Assembly (NCBI GenBank): GCA_013265495.1
Contig: MU063211.1
Coordinates: forward strand, 217,058-281,057
DNA from: Vicugna vicugna
Lineage: Eukaryota
DNA: 64,000 nt
Reading direction: 5' to 3'
Shown here: one piece after another, positions 46,421-57,720 of the stretch
Numbering within the stretch: the stretch's first letter is position 1
Layout of the letters: every line of letters begins with the position of its first letter
Made by a program: the position numbers and the translations under genes
The notes under the pieces: model-generated
Seen by the model: only the letters and a program-made list of their open reading frames with translations
Told to the model about the DNA's origin: nothing
The model's database searches: none

Positions 46421-49400
46421 CCTTCCCTGCGGACACCAGCGAGGTTGGGGGCCAGCGGGGGGGGGGCCAGGTGGGTGTCAGCCCCTCCCCGGGGCGAGTG
46501 TGAGCGGCGGGTGTCTGCACGGAAGGGGGTCTGCGGGCTTCATCTCTGGTCAAAGGCAGAGGAGGAGGGTCTTGCCTCCTCAAGGGCGCCGCCGGCGGTG
46601 GCCCTGCGCCTGCAGGTCGCGCCTCGTGCCGCCCGCATCCCTCACCCCCGTGGCTGTGAGGCGACGGACCTGGGCTTATCCGGCCGGAAGGGCCCCTGGG
46701 GAGGCGGGGGTCTCCGGCCCAGTTTTAAAGATGAATTAGTTAAGACCCCAAGCAGAGGCCAGCAGGAAACCAGACTTGCCGTGGGGACGAAGCAGGAAGG
46801 CAAACGTGACAAACACAAGTCCCTCTGCGGAGGGAAGCAGGCCGCACGCCCCCTCCTCACGCAGCCAGACCCACCGGCACAGCAAAAGCCGGGGGCTGGC
46901 GGGGCTGGCTTCACCCGCGAGACCCCACCCGAGGGGGCTTTGGGGAGGGGGCTTGTTGCGGTAAGGTGTGCCTGGGGATGGCTTCAGGGGCAGCAGGCGG
47001 CTTGGCACGGCTGTGCGACGAGCCGCCGGGAGACTCAATGGCGACGTCAGGGAGCCTTCTGAGGTTTCCACGTCCGACGCGATGATGGGGAAACAGGCCA
47101 GGAAGCCGTGGCTGCGCCAGTTGGCGGGTGGCATTGGCGTCTGGTCAGAAGAGGGTCCGGGGTCCCAGAAACACAGACTCGGGGCTGCGTGTACCCCTCC
47201 CGGGCTGCAAACTGGGGGCACCTGAGTCCCAGTTCCTCGTCTCTCACTGAGGATCTCCCTGGGTGAGCGCCTTCGGTGTCTGTGTGCCCGACACACGCTG
47301 CGTCTGCAGGGAGCGGTGACACCGTTTCCTCTGCTCCAGACGGGTGTGCGTGACGCCCAGGCGCGCTGGGGCTACGGGGACACCGCTCGCTGACCCAGCA
47401 CTTCATCCGCACGGCGGGGAGCACGCCAGCCCCCTCAGGATGGACTGAGCGGGAGCCCTGCGGCAGCTCGGCCCCTCGCGGCCCCCTGGCTCGCCCCGAG
47501 AGCCAGGTGGGGGTGGATCCGCGTTCTCACTTTACAGCAGAAGCTCATTTTCAGCTGCTTTTCAAGAGGAGTGCCTTGGTGCATGGGAATGCACCAGGTT
47601 CCTGGAGCCACACGTGACTTTCAGCATTACGGGAGTTCCCCGTTTTTCTCTGATTCAGTTTCTGGGGCCGTCAGAGGCGGCCTGAGGAAAACCGCCTGCC
47701 GAGTCGATGATCGGCCGGAGGGGGAAGCTCAGCAGCGAGACTGTGCACTTCCGCTTCGCCAGGGCCCCTGGTGTCCCAGGCAGCTTGGGGGGCACTGAAA
47801 TGCTCTTCAGGAGACTTCCTCCCGCGCAGGCCTCTTCTTGTGCCATTTTCCACTTGGACCGATCAGCTCCCGCCGTCCCCTGTCCAGGAAGGGCCCTGGC
47901 GCGCGTGTCCAGGTGCAGCCGTCGGAGGACAAGGTACTTGGGGGAGTCTATAATTTTTATCAAACCTCTTACCTTCCGGGAGCGACCTCCTCCGAGGCCT
48001 TTGGCCTCCGCACTTCCCTTCCACTGAGTCAGCACCCAGCAGGTGCCAGGCACCGAGCGCCCAGGCGAGACACAGCCCGTCCTCGCGGAACGGACGGCGC
48101 ACAGAGGACGCACGAGAAGCGGCAGCAGGAGAGCCTCCGGGGCCCGTCTGCAGACGCTGAGAAGGGCTGCGGAGGGGACAGGCAGGGAGGGTGGCCGAGG
48201 CGGCGGACGCTGCTGCCAGCGGCCTCCCTAGCGGGACAGTGGCACTGACGTCTGCGGGGGGAGCAGCCAGGGGTGCGGGCGTTGGGAAGGGCATCCTCTC
48301 GGGGGAGCAGCGAGCGTGAAGCCCGAACAGGGGCAAGCGTGGCGTGTACGAGGGACAGGAGAGAAGTGTCCCTGGAGGGGAGGGACCACGTGTGTAACTG
48401 CCCACCCGGCGTGTGAGGACGGACATCCACGTAACAGAGTCTGCAGGAAGAGGATGCAGCCAGGTGCCGTGCAGGGGTTTTGTGGGGGGGGGGGTTGAAA
48501 TGCTGTCTTGACCCAGATTTGAGGTCCTGGTGGGAGGGCCAGGTCCCCTCCTGGGGCAGATGACTGCGTGCACTGCCGACACCCCCCCCCACCTGGGGCC
48601 GCTGTACTTCCGTCTGACCGCCCCGGGGCCAGGCCCCGCCCCAGAGCCCGGACGCCAGCTGGTCCACAGGGCCGTGAGACCGGCCAGCCCCACCTGCAGC
48701 CCCACCCAGGCCGCAGTCACCAGGGCCTCTGGGGGCCTCTGGGGGCGGGCGCTCTGTCTGCGGGGCCCACCCCCCCGGGTGCAGGCCCGGCCCATCTCTA
48801 AACAGGGTGCTCGATTCCTGGATGTGCTCCTGCGGGGGCGGGGGGTGCTCAGAGCACAGACTCGCCCGCACAGGCTCTGCAGGGAGTACACCCTGGTTCA
48901 TGGGCCCCTGTCAGGCCCCGGGGGCTCACTCCCAGGCCTGTTCGCTGATGGCCTTTGTGCGGCAGGGACCCCAGGGGGCACCTCCCCTCCAGGCGTCTCC
49001 TCGCCCCTGTCCTGTGTGGGCCCTTGCTCCCCGCTCCCCACTGCAGACCCCTGAGGCGCCGGGTGGCATCCGTGAGAACCTGGTCCTCCCTCTCCACCTG
49101 AAGCACCCTCGCTGCCGACCCCTGCTGCCCGCTGTCCCCCGCCCCTCCCACCTCGGCCTGCCTGGCCCTCACTACTTTGTTTGCCCAAATCCTGCCTGTC
49201 CTTCCCAGGCAGGCTCAACCCCCTCTTCCAGGAAGCCCACCATCCTCCCTCACACACACTTCCCCTCTCCTTTCTGAGGTCCTTAGAGCCTTGGTGACTG
49301 GGTTCTCATCCTCAGCTGACGGTAGAGCTGGTGGGCCTTTCTGATGGAAGTTAACCTGAAAATGGGGTCAGGGTGAGGTGTGGGAGCTCCCCAGGCCCCC

Positions 49401-50593
49401 GGACTTGCCACCAACCCTCCTCAGAGCTTGAAGCAGCTGCACGGCCTGGGGGCGGGGACGGAGGGGAGGCCAGGGGACCCCCACGTGCCCTCTGGCTGCC
49501 CCACTCTCAGATGCTCTGAGCCCGGTTTTCCCAAGGTTGGGTATCAGGGATGGAAGTGGAGGGGAGGGGCCCCGGCGGTCTGCTCCTGCCTGGCCCGGCC
49601 TCCCCAGGGCAAACACGGGGCTCGACTCACTGCACACCCCCCGCCCTTGCTGGTGGGAAACACAGGCCTCTGTCCGCCCCACAGACGTTTCTGACCCTGA
49701 GGGCCACTTTCTGAGATGACTCAGTCTGGAGCCGGCACCACCAGCGCATCGGGACCCGCCTGTGAGCAGCCGGCCCGCATCCCGCAAACAGCCCCCCGCG
49801 GGCCCGCCCCCCAGCGCCCTCACTCAGGGTGCTGACGGGTCTCCTGCCTTCCCCACCCCTCTAGGAAGGTGCATGCGCGGCGACGGCCCGTCCGTGCGGC
49901 TCTCAGCAGCCGGCTCCCCGTTATCAATGAACCGCTCGGCTTCATTAACAGTTAGCGCCTCTGCCGGGCAGCGTGCCGGCCTGCGGGAACTGAGGGGGCG
50001 GGGGGTGGCATGGCCACCAAGCAGAGGCCACTGGGGCCCTGAGAGGGGACAGCGCCGGGCCTCAGCGCTGCTGGCCCTGGCAATCCCCGCGTGAGCTGGG
50101 GGAGGCTCCCAGACCGGGAAGCCTGTCCCCCGTGTGAGGGAGGCCAGCCCAACTGCCAGCGCCACAGAACCGACCGGCCCCCGCCCACAGGGCACGGCCA
50201 GCGGAGACCCCTCAAGCGACACTGAGGGCAAAGTCCCTCAGGAAAAGGCCAGGCAGTAAACGTGCAGGCTCTGCAGGGCGTCTGGCCTCCACTGTAGCTG
50301 CTCGGCTCTGCCATGCGGCCGAAAGCCGGGGTGGGCGAACCAGCTGGTGTCGGTGCGCACCAGCAAAGCTTTACTTCCCCACAGGCCAGCTTTGGCTGGT
50401 GGGCTGCAGTCGGCTGGTCCCTGACCACCGCGTTTTGTCCTCAGAGCATCCCTGGAGGTGTCTGTGATAGCCGTCTTGTTGCTAGGCAGCTGGCTGCGGG
50501 AAGGGCCCACTGCGCTCAGGGCCGCTGCCACTCCTGCTGGGGCCAGCTCGTCCGCCCAGCCCTCTGCCCAGGCGGGCCCTCCACCATCTCCTT

Positions 50594-50670
50594 CATGGCG
50601 GTGCCTGGGATTGAACCCAGGACCTCATGCCCCCTAAGCACATGCTCTACCCCTGAGCTGTGCCCTCCCC
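50594..50670 (-). mobile_element. tRNA-Ala-derived SINE head / tRNA pseudogene
   Basis: The reverse strand reads ggggagggcacagctcaggggtagagcatgtgcttagggggcatgaggtcctgggttcaatcccaggcaccgcca: A box and intact B box (GGTTCAATCC), disrupted anticodon arm. Confidence 0.85.
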
Positions 50671-50726
50671 AGCGCTCCCTACTGTCTCCTTTCAGCATCA
50701 CCCCAGCTCCCGTGTGAGTCAGGGCA

Positions 50727-50863
50727 NNNNNNNNNNNNNNNNNNNNNNNNNNNNNNNNNNNNNNNNNNNNNNNNNNNNNNNNNNNNNNNNNNNNNNNNNN
50801 NNNNNNNNNNNNNNNNNNNNNNNNNNNNNNNNNNNNNNNNNNNNNNNNNNNNNNNNNNNNNNN
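50727..50863. other. Assembly gap (137 N)
   Basis: N run. Confidence 1.
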
Positions 50864-50914
50864 ATTGGCTCACACATTACAGAGACTGACAAGTCCCAAG
50901 GCCCGGGGGCACCC

Positions 50915-51365
50915 GTGTAACAGTTTAAGAACGGTTTAAGCCGTAAGGACCACAACCCTGCGGCTTAAACAGGAGAAGCGTACGCTTTCCTAGGCTTGGA
51001 GGCTGGAAGTCCGGAGTCCCAGGGTCGGCAGGGCTGGTTCCTTCTGCGGGAGAATCTTCCAGGCCCCTCTGACTCCTGCTCGTGGTCGGCAAGCCTTGGG
51101 TCTCTTGGTCTGTAGCTGTGTGGCCCCAGCCTTGACCCCTTCCTCCCTCTGTGTCTGCGCCTTCACCGCCTTCTCTGCTCCGTGTGTCTGTCTCCGCGGC
51201 TCTGCTCTGCTTCAAAGGACCCCAGACACACGGGACTAAGGGCCCATCCTACTCCAGACTGCCCTCATCTCAGCTTCCATCTCAATTACTCCTGCAAAGA
51301 CTTTGTTTCCAAATAAGGCCGCATTTGCTGGCATGGGGCCGAGGACGTCCGCGTCCTGGGGACAC
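50915..51365 (-). mobile_element. MaLR solo LTR (MLT1A-D-like)
   Basis: ggcttaaacagg, ggaggctggaagtcc, gggtcggcagggctggttccttctg, ctaagggcccatcctactccag, ctgcaaagactttgtttccaaataaggccgcattt are classic reverse-strand MLT1 blocks. Confidence 0.85.
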
Positions 51366-54300
51366 GGATGTGTGAGTCTCCTGAGCACCTGAGCTTCATC
51401 TCGCGGCCCCTGCACCTGGCACTGGCTGGGGGACCAGACAGATGGGGAGTGACCAGGGAACCCGGCAGAGGCCCCAGGCCCTGGGGGGCAGGAGCGTGTC
51501 CGGGGTGGCCTCGAGAGAGGGAGCCCCCGTCCCCTGCTGTCCCAGAGCTGGTGCTGGGCCGCAGGCCGCTGGTGACAGGGCCAGGCAGGGCCAGGCAAGG
51601 CCAGAGAGGCCGTCCCTTCGCCCACCAAAGATGCTGTGCATTCTCGTGGGGCTGCAGCCGAGCAAGTGTGAGCGGAGCCCGCGGACCCCTGGTGCCCGTG
51701 CTCAGCACTCCTGGCGTGCGTGCAGCAGGGGAGGACACTGTGGTTTTCACAGCAAAAAAAGAGGTCTTGACACCATTCTGCACAAGGAGGGAGGGACACT
51801 GCCCTCGGTGGGAGCCCGCCCCCTCCTGCTTTCGCTGCTTTCGCCACCTGTCCCCATGGCAACCCCTGGCCTGGTCCGCAAGGAGCTCTGGGGTCACTGG
51901 GACTCAAGGAAACGCTCTCACCTGTGCCTCCCACCCGCGTCCTTATTCCTGGGAGGGACGTGACTGTGTCCTTGGATGCCCGGCTCCGGGCCATCTGGCT
52001 CTAGTCGGCTGACGGTCCTGGGGGGACGGGGGGGGTGAGCGGCAGCTGGCCCGGGGCTGAGGATCACGCTGGGGGGTCTCTGAGGCTGGGCTTCCCGGGA
52101 CTGCGAGGTGCTCATTATTCCGGAGTTGGCTGGAACCCGGGAGCTGCAGGGAGACCGCCCCCGACAGGACGCGGAGGGGGTGGACGAGTCCGGAGCAGCG
52201 TTCTCCAGTGCTTCTGGGAGACACGGCTCCAGGCTGCTGTCTGTCGGGGCCACGTGAGTCCTGCCGGAAGGAAGGTCTCCCCAAGGACCAAGCCTTCAGG
52301 GTCACTGTCTGAAGAGGGGTCTTAGGGCCACGTCACCTGCAGTGAGCATGGGGCACAGGCAGTGAGAGAGCAGCCTGTGGCTGGGACACACCTGCCCCTC
52401 GGTCTCCCTCCAACGACGCCCCGTGACCACCCTGCCGCGACCTCCCACTGACCCCCAGCCCCGAAGCCTCGCAGCTGCACGCCTCAGCGTGCATCCGGCA
52501 AGGACGGGGCCAGGCTCACGGTCACCACGCCGGGCCCCCCCTCAGCACAGAGCAGGCACAGACCGGGGTCCGGCTCCTCCCTTCCAGCTGCGGGACTTGT
52601 GGGGACGGCAGTGAGTCGGCCACCTGCACGTCGTTTATAAGCAGCACGCAGGCTGACCACCCTGCAGGCTGCTTCTCAGGCCCGAAGGCTGGGATGGAGG
52701 GAGCGCTCAGCCCATAGCGAGCACCTGATAACAACAGCTGCTACTGCTATCTCGTCACGAAAGCAAACGCCAAGAGAAACAGCACAGTCGTTGGCAGCAC
52801 GGCCAGGGAGATGCTAGGGCCATTCCCGGGCACAGCTTGACCGCCAGGGTCCAGTCGGGGTGAGAGGTCGGCGGGCAAGTGAGAGCGGCCTGGGGGCTGG
52901 GCAGCATCCAGCGTGTCAGAGGGTGGGGGCGAGACCCCAGGGGGCGGCCGGGGGAGATACTCCGGCCGCAGGCTCTGTGCGGCCGCAGCAGGCGGACCTC
53001 ACCTTCCCTGGTGTCCGTGGGCTCCGCAGTGCGTCCTTCGTGGTGCGGCCCCGAGGGAGAGTCTGCGTGGGTCTGGGTGGCCACGAAGAAGGAGCGCCTG
53101 TGTCACACGTGTAGGCCTCCTCTGCGCACTGACCCCCTCAGCACGTGCACGTGAAGACCCTACTCCACACCGGGCAGCGCAGACACGGCCACCCTGACAG
53201 CGACGCAGCACTGGTGCGGCAGGTCCGACTGGAGCCAAACACCGAAGGTCCATAGCTGGCCTCCCCTCAATTCCACGCCCACCAGGCCCGACAGGAAATA
53301 GTGACGACCAAGGCCAAGTCCGTGCCCTCGCGGCACCGCCACCATGCAGGGCGGGGGCAGGTGTGGTCCAGCAGCCCAAGGCCCCAGCACCCGGCGGGCT
53401 CCGGGCTCCGTGCAAGGCGGGAAGCTGGTGGCACCTGTCAGCACGCCCCCCGGCTCAGGGAGACGCGCGGGCCGGGGCTTAGCAGGTTGATGACGAGGCA
53501 CAGACACCCTGATGAGCTGGGAGCCTCGTCTGGCTCCAGGGCGGAGGCCAGTTCTCCCGGCTGGAGCCGAGAGCTTTCCTACTGTTGTAATTAGTTGGCT
53601 GGGACGAAAGGCCCAGTGAGAAGATATCTGGGGCAGAGCGCCGACCTCCGTGTGCTCGGAACCAGCCCCTCCGTCTTTGGGAGCCAGCCACCTGCTTGCC
53701 CTGGGAGAGGACGGGCGGGCCGGCGGGGCCAGAGGCGAAGGGGATGCCGGGCTCCGGAGTGCCCCCAACCCCGGGCCCAGCACTCCTCTGCTGGGCGCCC
53801 TCTCTGCCTGGGCCTGGAAAGTGGGCTAAGCTGGTTGGCCTCCAGTTTCCAGGAATCTGGACGTGGCCTTGCAGCTTCTGACGAGGCTGGGGACTTCCCA
53901 TTCCCAGCGCCCTCTGGCCAGCCCCTTCCACCCTGCGCCTCGTGGCCTGTGTGCAAGCTCCGGGCCCTGGGTTATGCTTTCTAGGAACCACGCCAGACAC
54001 CCTTGGATCTATTTCCTAAACACACCAAAAACCAAACGAGGAGGGAGGGACGCAGGGACATCATCTTAGAGCTGAATCAGCCAAGCAAGCGGAGACCCAG
54101 AGTCAAGGGTGGCCCCTGCTGCGTTGTTTACAGGGGGAAGGCAGAAACAGCTCATCAGCCCTTGGGCAGAACCGGGTGCACTGATCTGCACTTTGTGCTG
54201 GGGAATCACGGCCGGGGGCCCGTGGGAGTGGGACGCACAGAGGATGCCCACGGCCAGAGCCGTGGGCCACACCCTGCACTCCAGGGAGCCAGTCTCTCTG

Positions 54301-57256
54301 AAGCTGGCAGCTGTGCTGGGGGAGAGGGAAACAGAGGCTCCGAGGATTCCCAGCCGCACCAGGGTCACACCAGCCTGACTGGAAGCCTGGTTCTTGGCAG
54401 TGACTCAGTAGCCATGAAAGTGACACATCGCCCGACATGCACGGGCGGGCACGGTGTCCACAAAACTCCAGGTGGGAAACAGCCGGCGACAGCCGGGTAA
54501 GCGCACGCCCTCGTGCTTGTGCAAACACGCACGTCCTCCTGCACAGAAATGGGGTGGTCGCCCGTGGGAAGGTGGTCACAATTTCCTTCTTTGACTCTCG
54601 AGTCTTCTGAACTGTTTTTGCAATAATGATGAACTCATTTTATAATCAAAGAACGCAATAAAGCTATTTTTAAAGGCGAGCAATTGACACCTCGGAGAAG
54701 GTGGTGAGGCAGGCTGAGATGAATCATCTGGGGCACCAAACTTGGTGGCACCGAGGGACTCGGCGTGGCCTCAGAGGCCAAGGACTCCCCTGCCCGCATG
54801 GACCAAGCCCTTGGAGGAGGGGCCCAGGGCAGAGAGGTGAGGACACGAGGCGGCCCAGCCCCTGACAGTGACGTGACAGCTCTGTCACTAACATATGGGA
54901 CAGCCGCCTGCGCTCCCTGGTGGCTCTCTGCAACAAAGAGAAACCAGAAGCCCACACTTCAAAACCCCCGCAGACGCAGCACCCCCACCAGGGAGGGGCC
55001 CGGTGGGTGGGGAGGCACAGCCGCGTCCCTTTTTGGAATAACAACATGAAGGAGGGACACAGTCCTGCCTGGCGGGGAGGATCTGCCCAGCGGTGCGGCT
55101 GTCCGGCAGTTCCAGACAGCTCCCTGGCTGAGCTGTGTGTCCAGCAGCCAATGGGGAGGGTCTGCTCCAGCCATCCACACCCCCAAGACGTGGTCCAGCA
55201 AGGGCCCGAGTGCAGTCTCTGGAAATCAGCACCCAGAGGCCCACTCTTCTGCCACATTAACCAGCCCAGGCCGGAGGCTGGAGCCTGGAGACGCTTTCTT
55301 CCGGTTTTGCTGAACTCCCAACTCCGCTTCTGAGAAGGGCACACCTCCCACCGACTCCCTCCCTCCCCAGCATAGGCCCCCCCCCCGGGCAATGAAATGA
55401 GGGGCACCTTTGACTTCATGTTAGCCTGATGGATGGACAGAGTCTGGGAAATGACACTGGCGCCGCCGGTGATGGCCGCAGAGTGGCAGGTGAGGGTGGG
55501 AAATTAAAGCAGCCTCCTTGGGCCATCCATCATTAGAACCTGTTCCTCGTCCCCCTCCAGGGCCAGCCGCGCTCCCTCAGAGCAATCTGTCACCCCGGGG
55601 GCCGCGTGATGGCACCTGTCCCCAGGCCAGGGCCGAGCCGACACCCAAAGCCCAGAGCCTGCGCGCTGAAATGCCTGGTAAACGCTGTCCTAAATGAGGG
55701 TCTAACTGCAGCGTGACGAGGCGTCTCGTGCATGTTAAGGACAAAGCCCTCCTGGAACTAAGCGTCATGTAAGTGACCGCTCTGCCTTCCTGGCCGCGGC
55801 CCCGCCCCACCAGCGGTCGCCCGCCCAGCCTCGGGCAAGCTTCCGTCCATTCGCTCACTTATGAGCAACGTAAGAGGCAGAGACAGTCCTTCGCGCCCAC
55901 CAGCTCCCATGGCCTAGTCCTCCCTCAGGGGTCTGGGAGGGGGAAGACCAGCCCCTGGGGGGATGGGGGGCCCCGTGACTGGTTCTGGCCAGGGAGGTAC
56001 CAGCAGTCTTCCTGGGGTGGGGGGTGGGCCGTCCATCTCTCTCTTCCCCACTGGGGGAAACACAGAGGCCCCAGGCTGGGCGGCAGCGTGGAGGACAGCC
56101 GCCCTGGAGAGTGGCCGGCCCCAGAGCAGTCTCTGTGGGGGGCATGAACCCGTGTGCGTGCAGGTGCCCGGTCACTGCAGCTGACGCAGCCAGATGAGCG
56201 CCCAGCTTGCTGGGCGGGGGGCGGGGAGCAAACAAGAGAAGGGGTCTTGCCCTTTGGGCTTCAGTCTGGGAGAGGCCGCAGAACCACTTCCAGCTGCCCC
56301 ATTCAGACGCGAGCGGCTAGACCCCTAGAAAGGAAAGTCTCATCCCCACTGCCCAGCAGCAGAGCCCCGACCGACGGACCCCCGCTTCGTCCTCTGGCCC
56401 GGGCTCCAACGTCTGTCCCCCTTGGCGGGGCCACTCTGGAAGCTCTGGAATTTCAAGGTGGGCTGGGGGAGCCCTCGGCAGGTTTGGTGACTCAGATGGA
56501 GCCACTGCGGGGGGTCGCAGGACTGCTGGGGTCAGAGGGGAAAGGTCTGCACCGCCTCTGGCCTGCCTGTTATTTTCTGTCACATCTTCCCCCAGAGGCG
56601 TCCACCGAAGTCGGAACTTTTATGAGCAGAGCCCGGCCGGCCACAATCGCCATCTGGGAACATCTTCCTGACGTAGACTGGCTGGCTTGGTGGGGGAGGC
56701 GCAGATCAGGTTTGTCTAAATTGGAAACTCACCGAGCTTCTGTCAACGGTGGGAAGTCTTTCAACAAGCATCCATGGGCAGCCTGCTGTATGCACAGCGC
56801 TCAGCGCCCTTGCACCCTGAAGCTGCTCTGGAGGCCTGGCCCGGAGATGAGGAGCGCACCTGGGGCGGGGTCTGCGTTCAGGCCTCTATTACTAGTGTCT
56901 CCCCACCTTCCTAGGGCTTCCCACGGTCTGCGCCCACCAGGGATCCAGGACTGGAGGGACTGCCCTAAGCCCTGCCCCAGGCCTCCCCACCACCATCCCT
57001 CCTGACACCCAGACGCCCTGCACCGTATTTCAGGAGGACCGATGCCGGCTGTCCGAGCACCTCTGCAGACGTCTGCTCACCTCGTGCAGCCCTGGAGCTC
57101 TCCGTGGTACATCCCACAAGGGTGCCAGGTGGTCCCTGGGTGCCCTGAGCCAGGTGCCCTCTGCGTGAGGGCCCCCTGCTCCTCTGGGGCTGGCGTCAGG
57201 GGCTTTCTGGGCCCCAGTCAGGAATCAAGGAAGGAATCTGGCCCTGGAGACACTCC

Positions 57257-57355
57257 AAGGTACGTGCTCCTCGGGGCCAGGGTAAGTGCTCCTCGGGGCC
57301 AAGGTACATGCTCCTCGGGGCCAAGGTATGTGCTCCTTGGGGCCAGGGTAATTCC
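57257..57355. repeat. 22-bp minisatellite, about 4.5 copies (consensus ARGGTAHRTGCTCCTCGGGGCC)
   Basis: Units start at 57257, 57279, 57301, 57323 and 57345 (partial). Confidence 0.95.
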
Positions 57356-57368
57356 TCACCTCTATTCT

Positions 57369-57720
57369 TGAAGAAACATGTCTGGGAAACTCAGTGCTCC
57401 CCAGTCTCCCCCATCCAGAGTCCAGAGCTGGAGGAGCCACACCCCCTCACCTGCCCTCCCTGGGACCCTAACCAGCCCCCGGAGGGCATGGCTTCCCCGC
57501 AGGACCTCAGCCCCCGGGCTTCCTCCCCAGACGTCGGAGCCCCAGGACAGACTTCCACCCATTCTCGAAGCACCTCACTGCACCTTCCAGAGCCCCTCTT
57601 TGCGGGGTACACTTCAAAATGTGCCTTCCTTTTCCTGCACAAGCGCGTCCCCTCCCCGCTCCATGCCGTTAAGGAGTGTTTGTGCCTCCTCAGAGGTAGC
57701 GTCTTTGTCAGTTTTCAACA
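57369..57720 (+). mobile_element. Possible ERV-type solo LTR remnant
   Basis: Starts tgaagaaac and ends tctttgtcagttttcaaca (TG...CA, with an end motif like ERV1 LTRs). No matching target-site duplication seen. Confidence 0.3.

Noticed and set aside
21474-48891. Long intergenic ORFs (e.g. 21474..22601, 24632..25822, 32950..34059, 42271..43275, 47863..48891)
   Set aside because: P/G/R/A/S-rich, no domain motifs, no codon periodicity, many with non-ATG starts and overlapping in all six frames. Expected when stop codons are scarce in GC-rich DNA.
57257-57355. Considered as a CRISPR-like array
   Set aside because: The units are head-to-tail with no unique spacers, in a mammalian genome. It is a VNTR.
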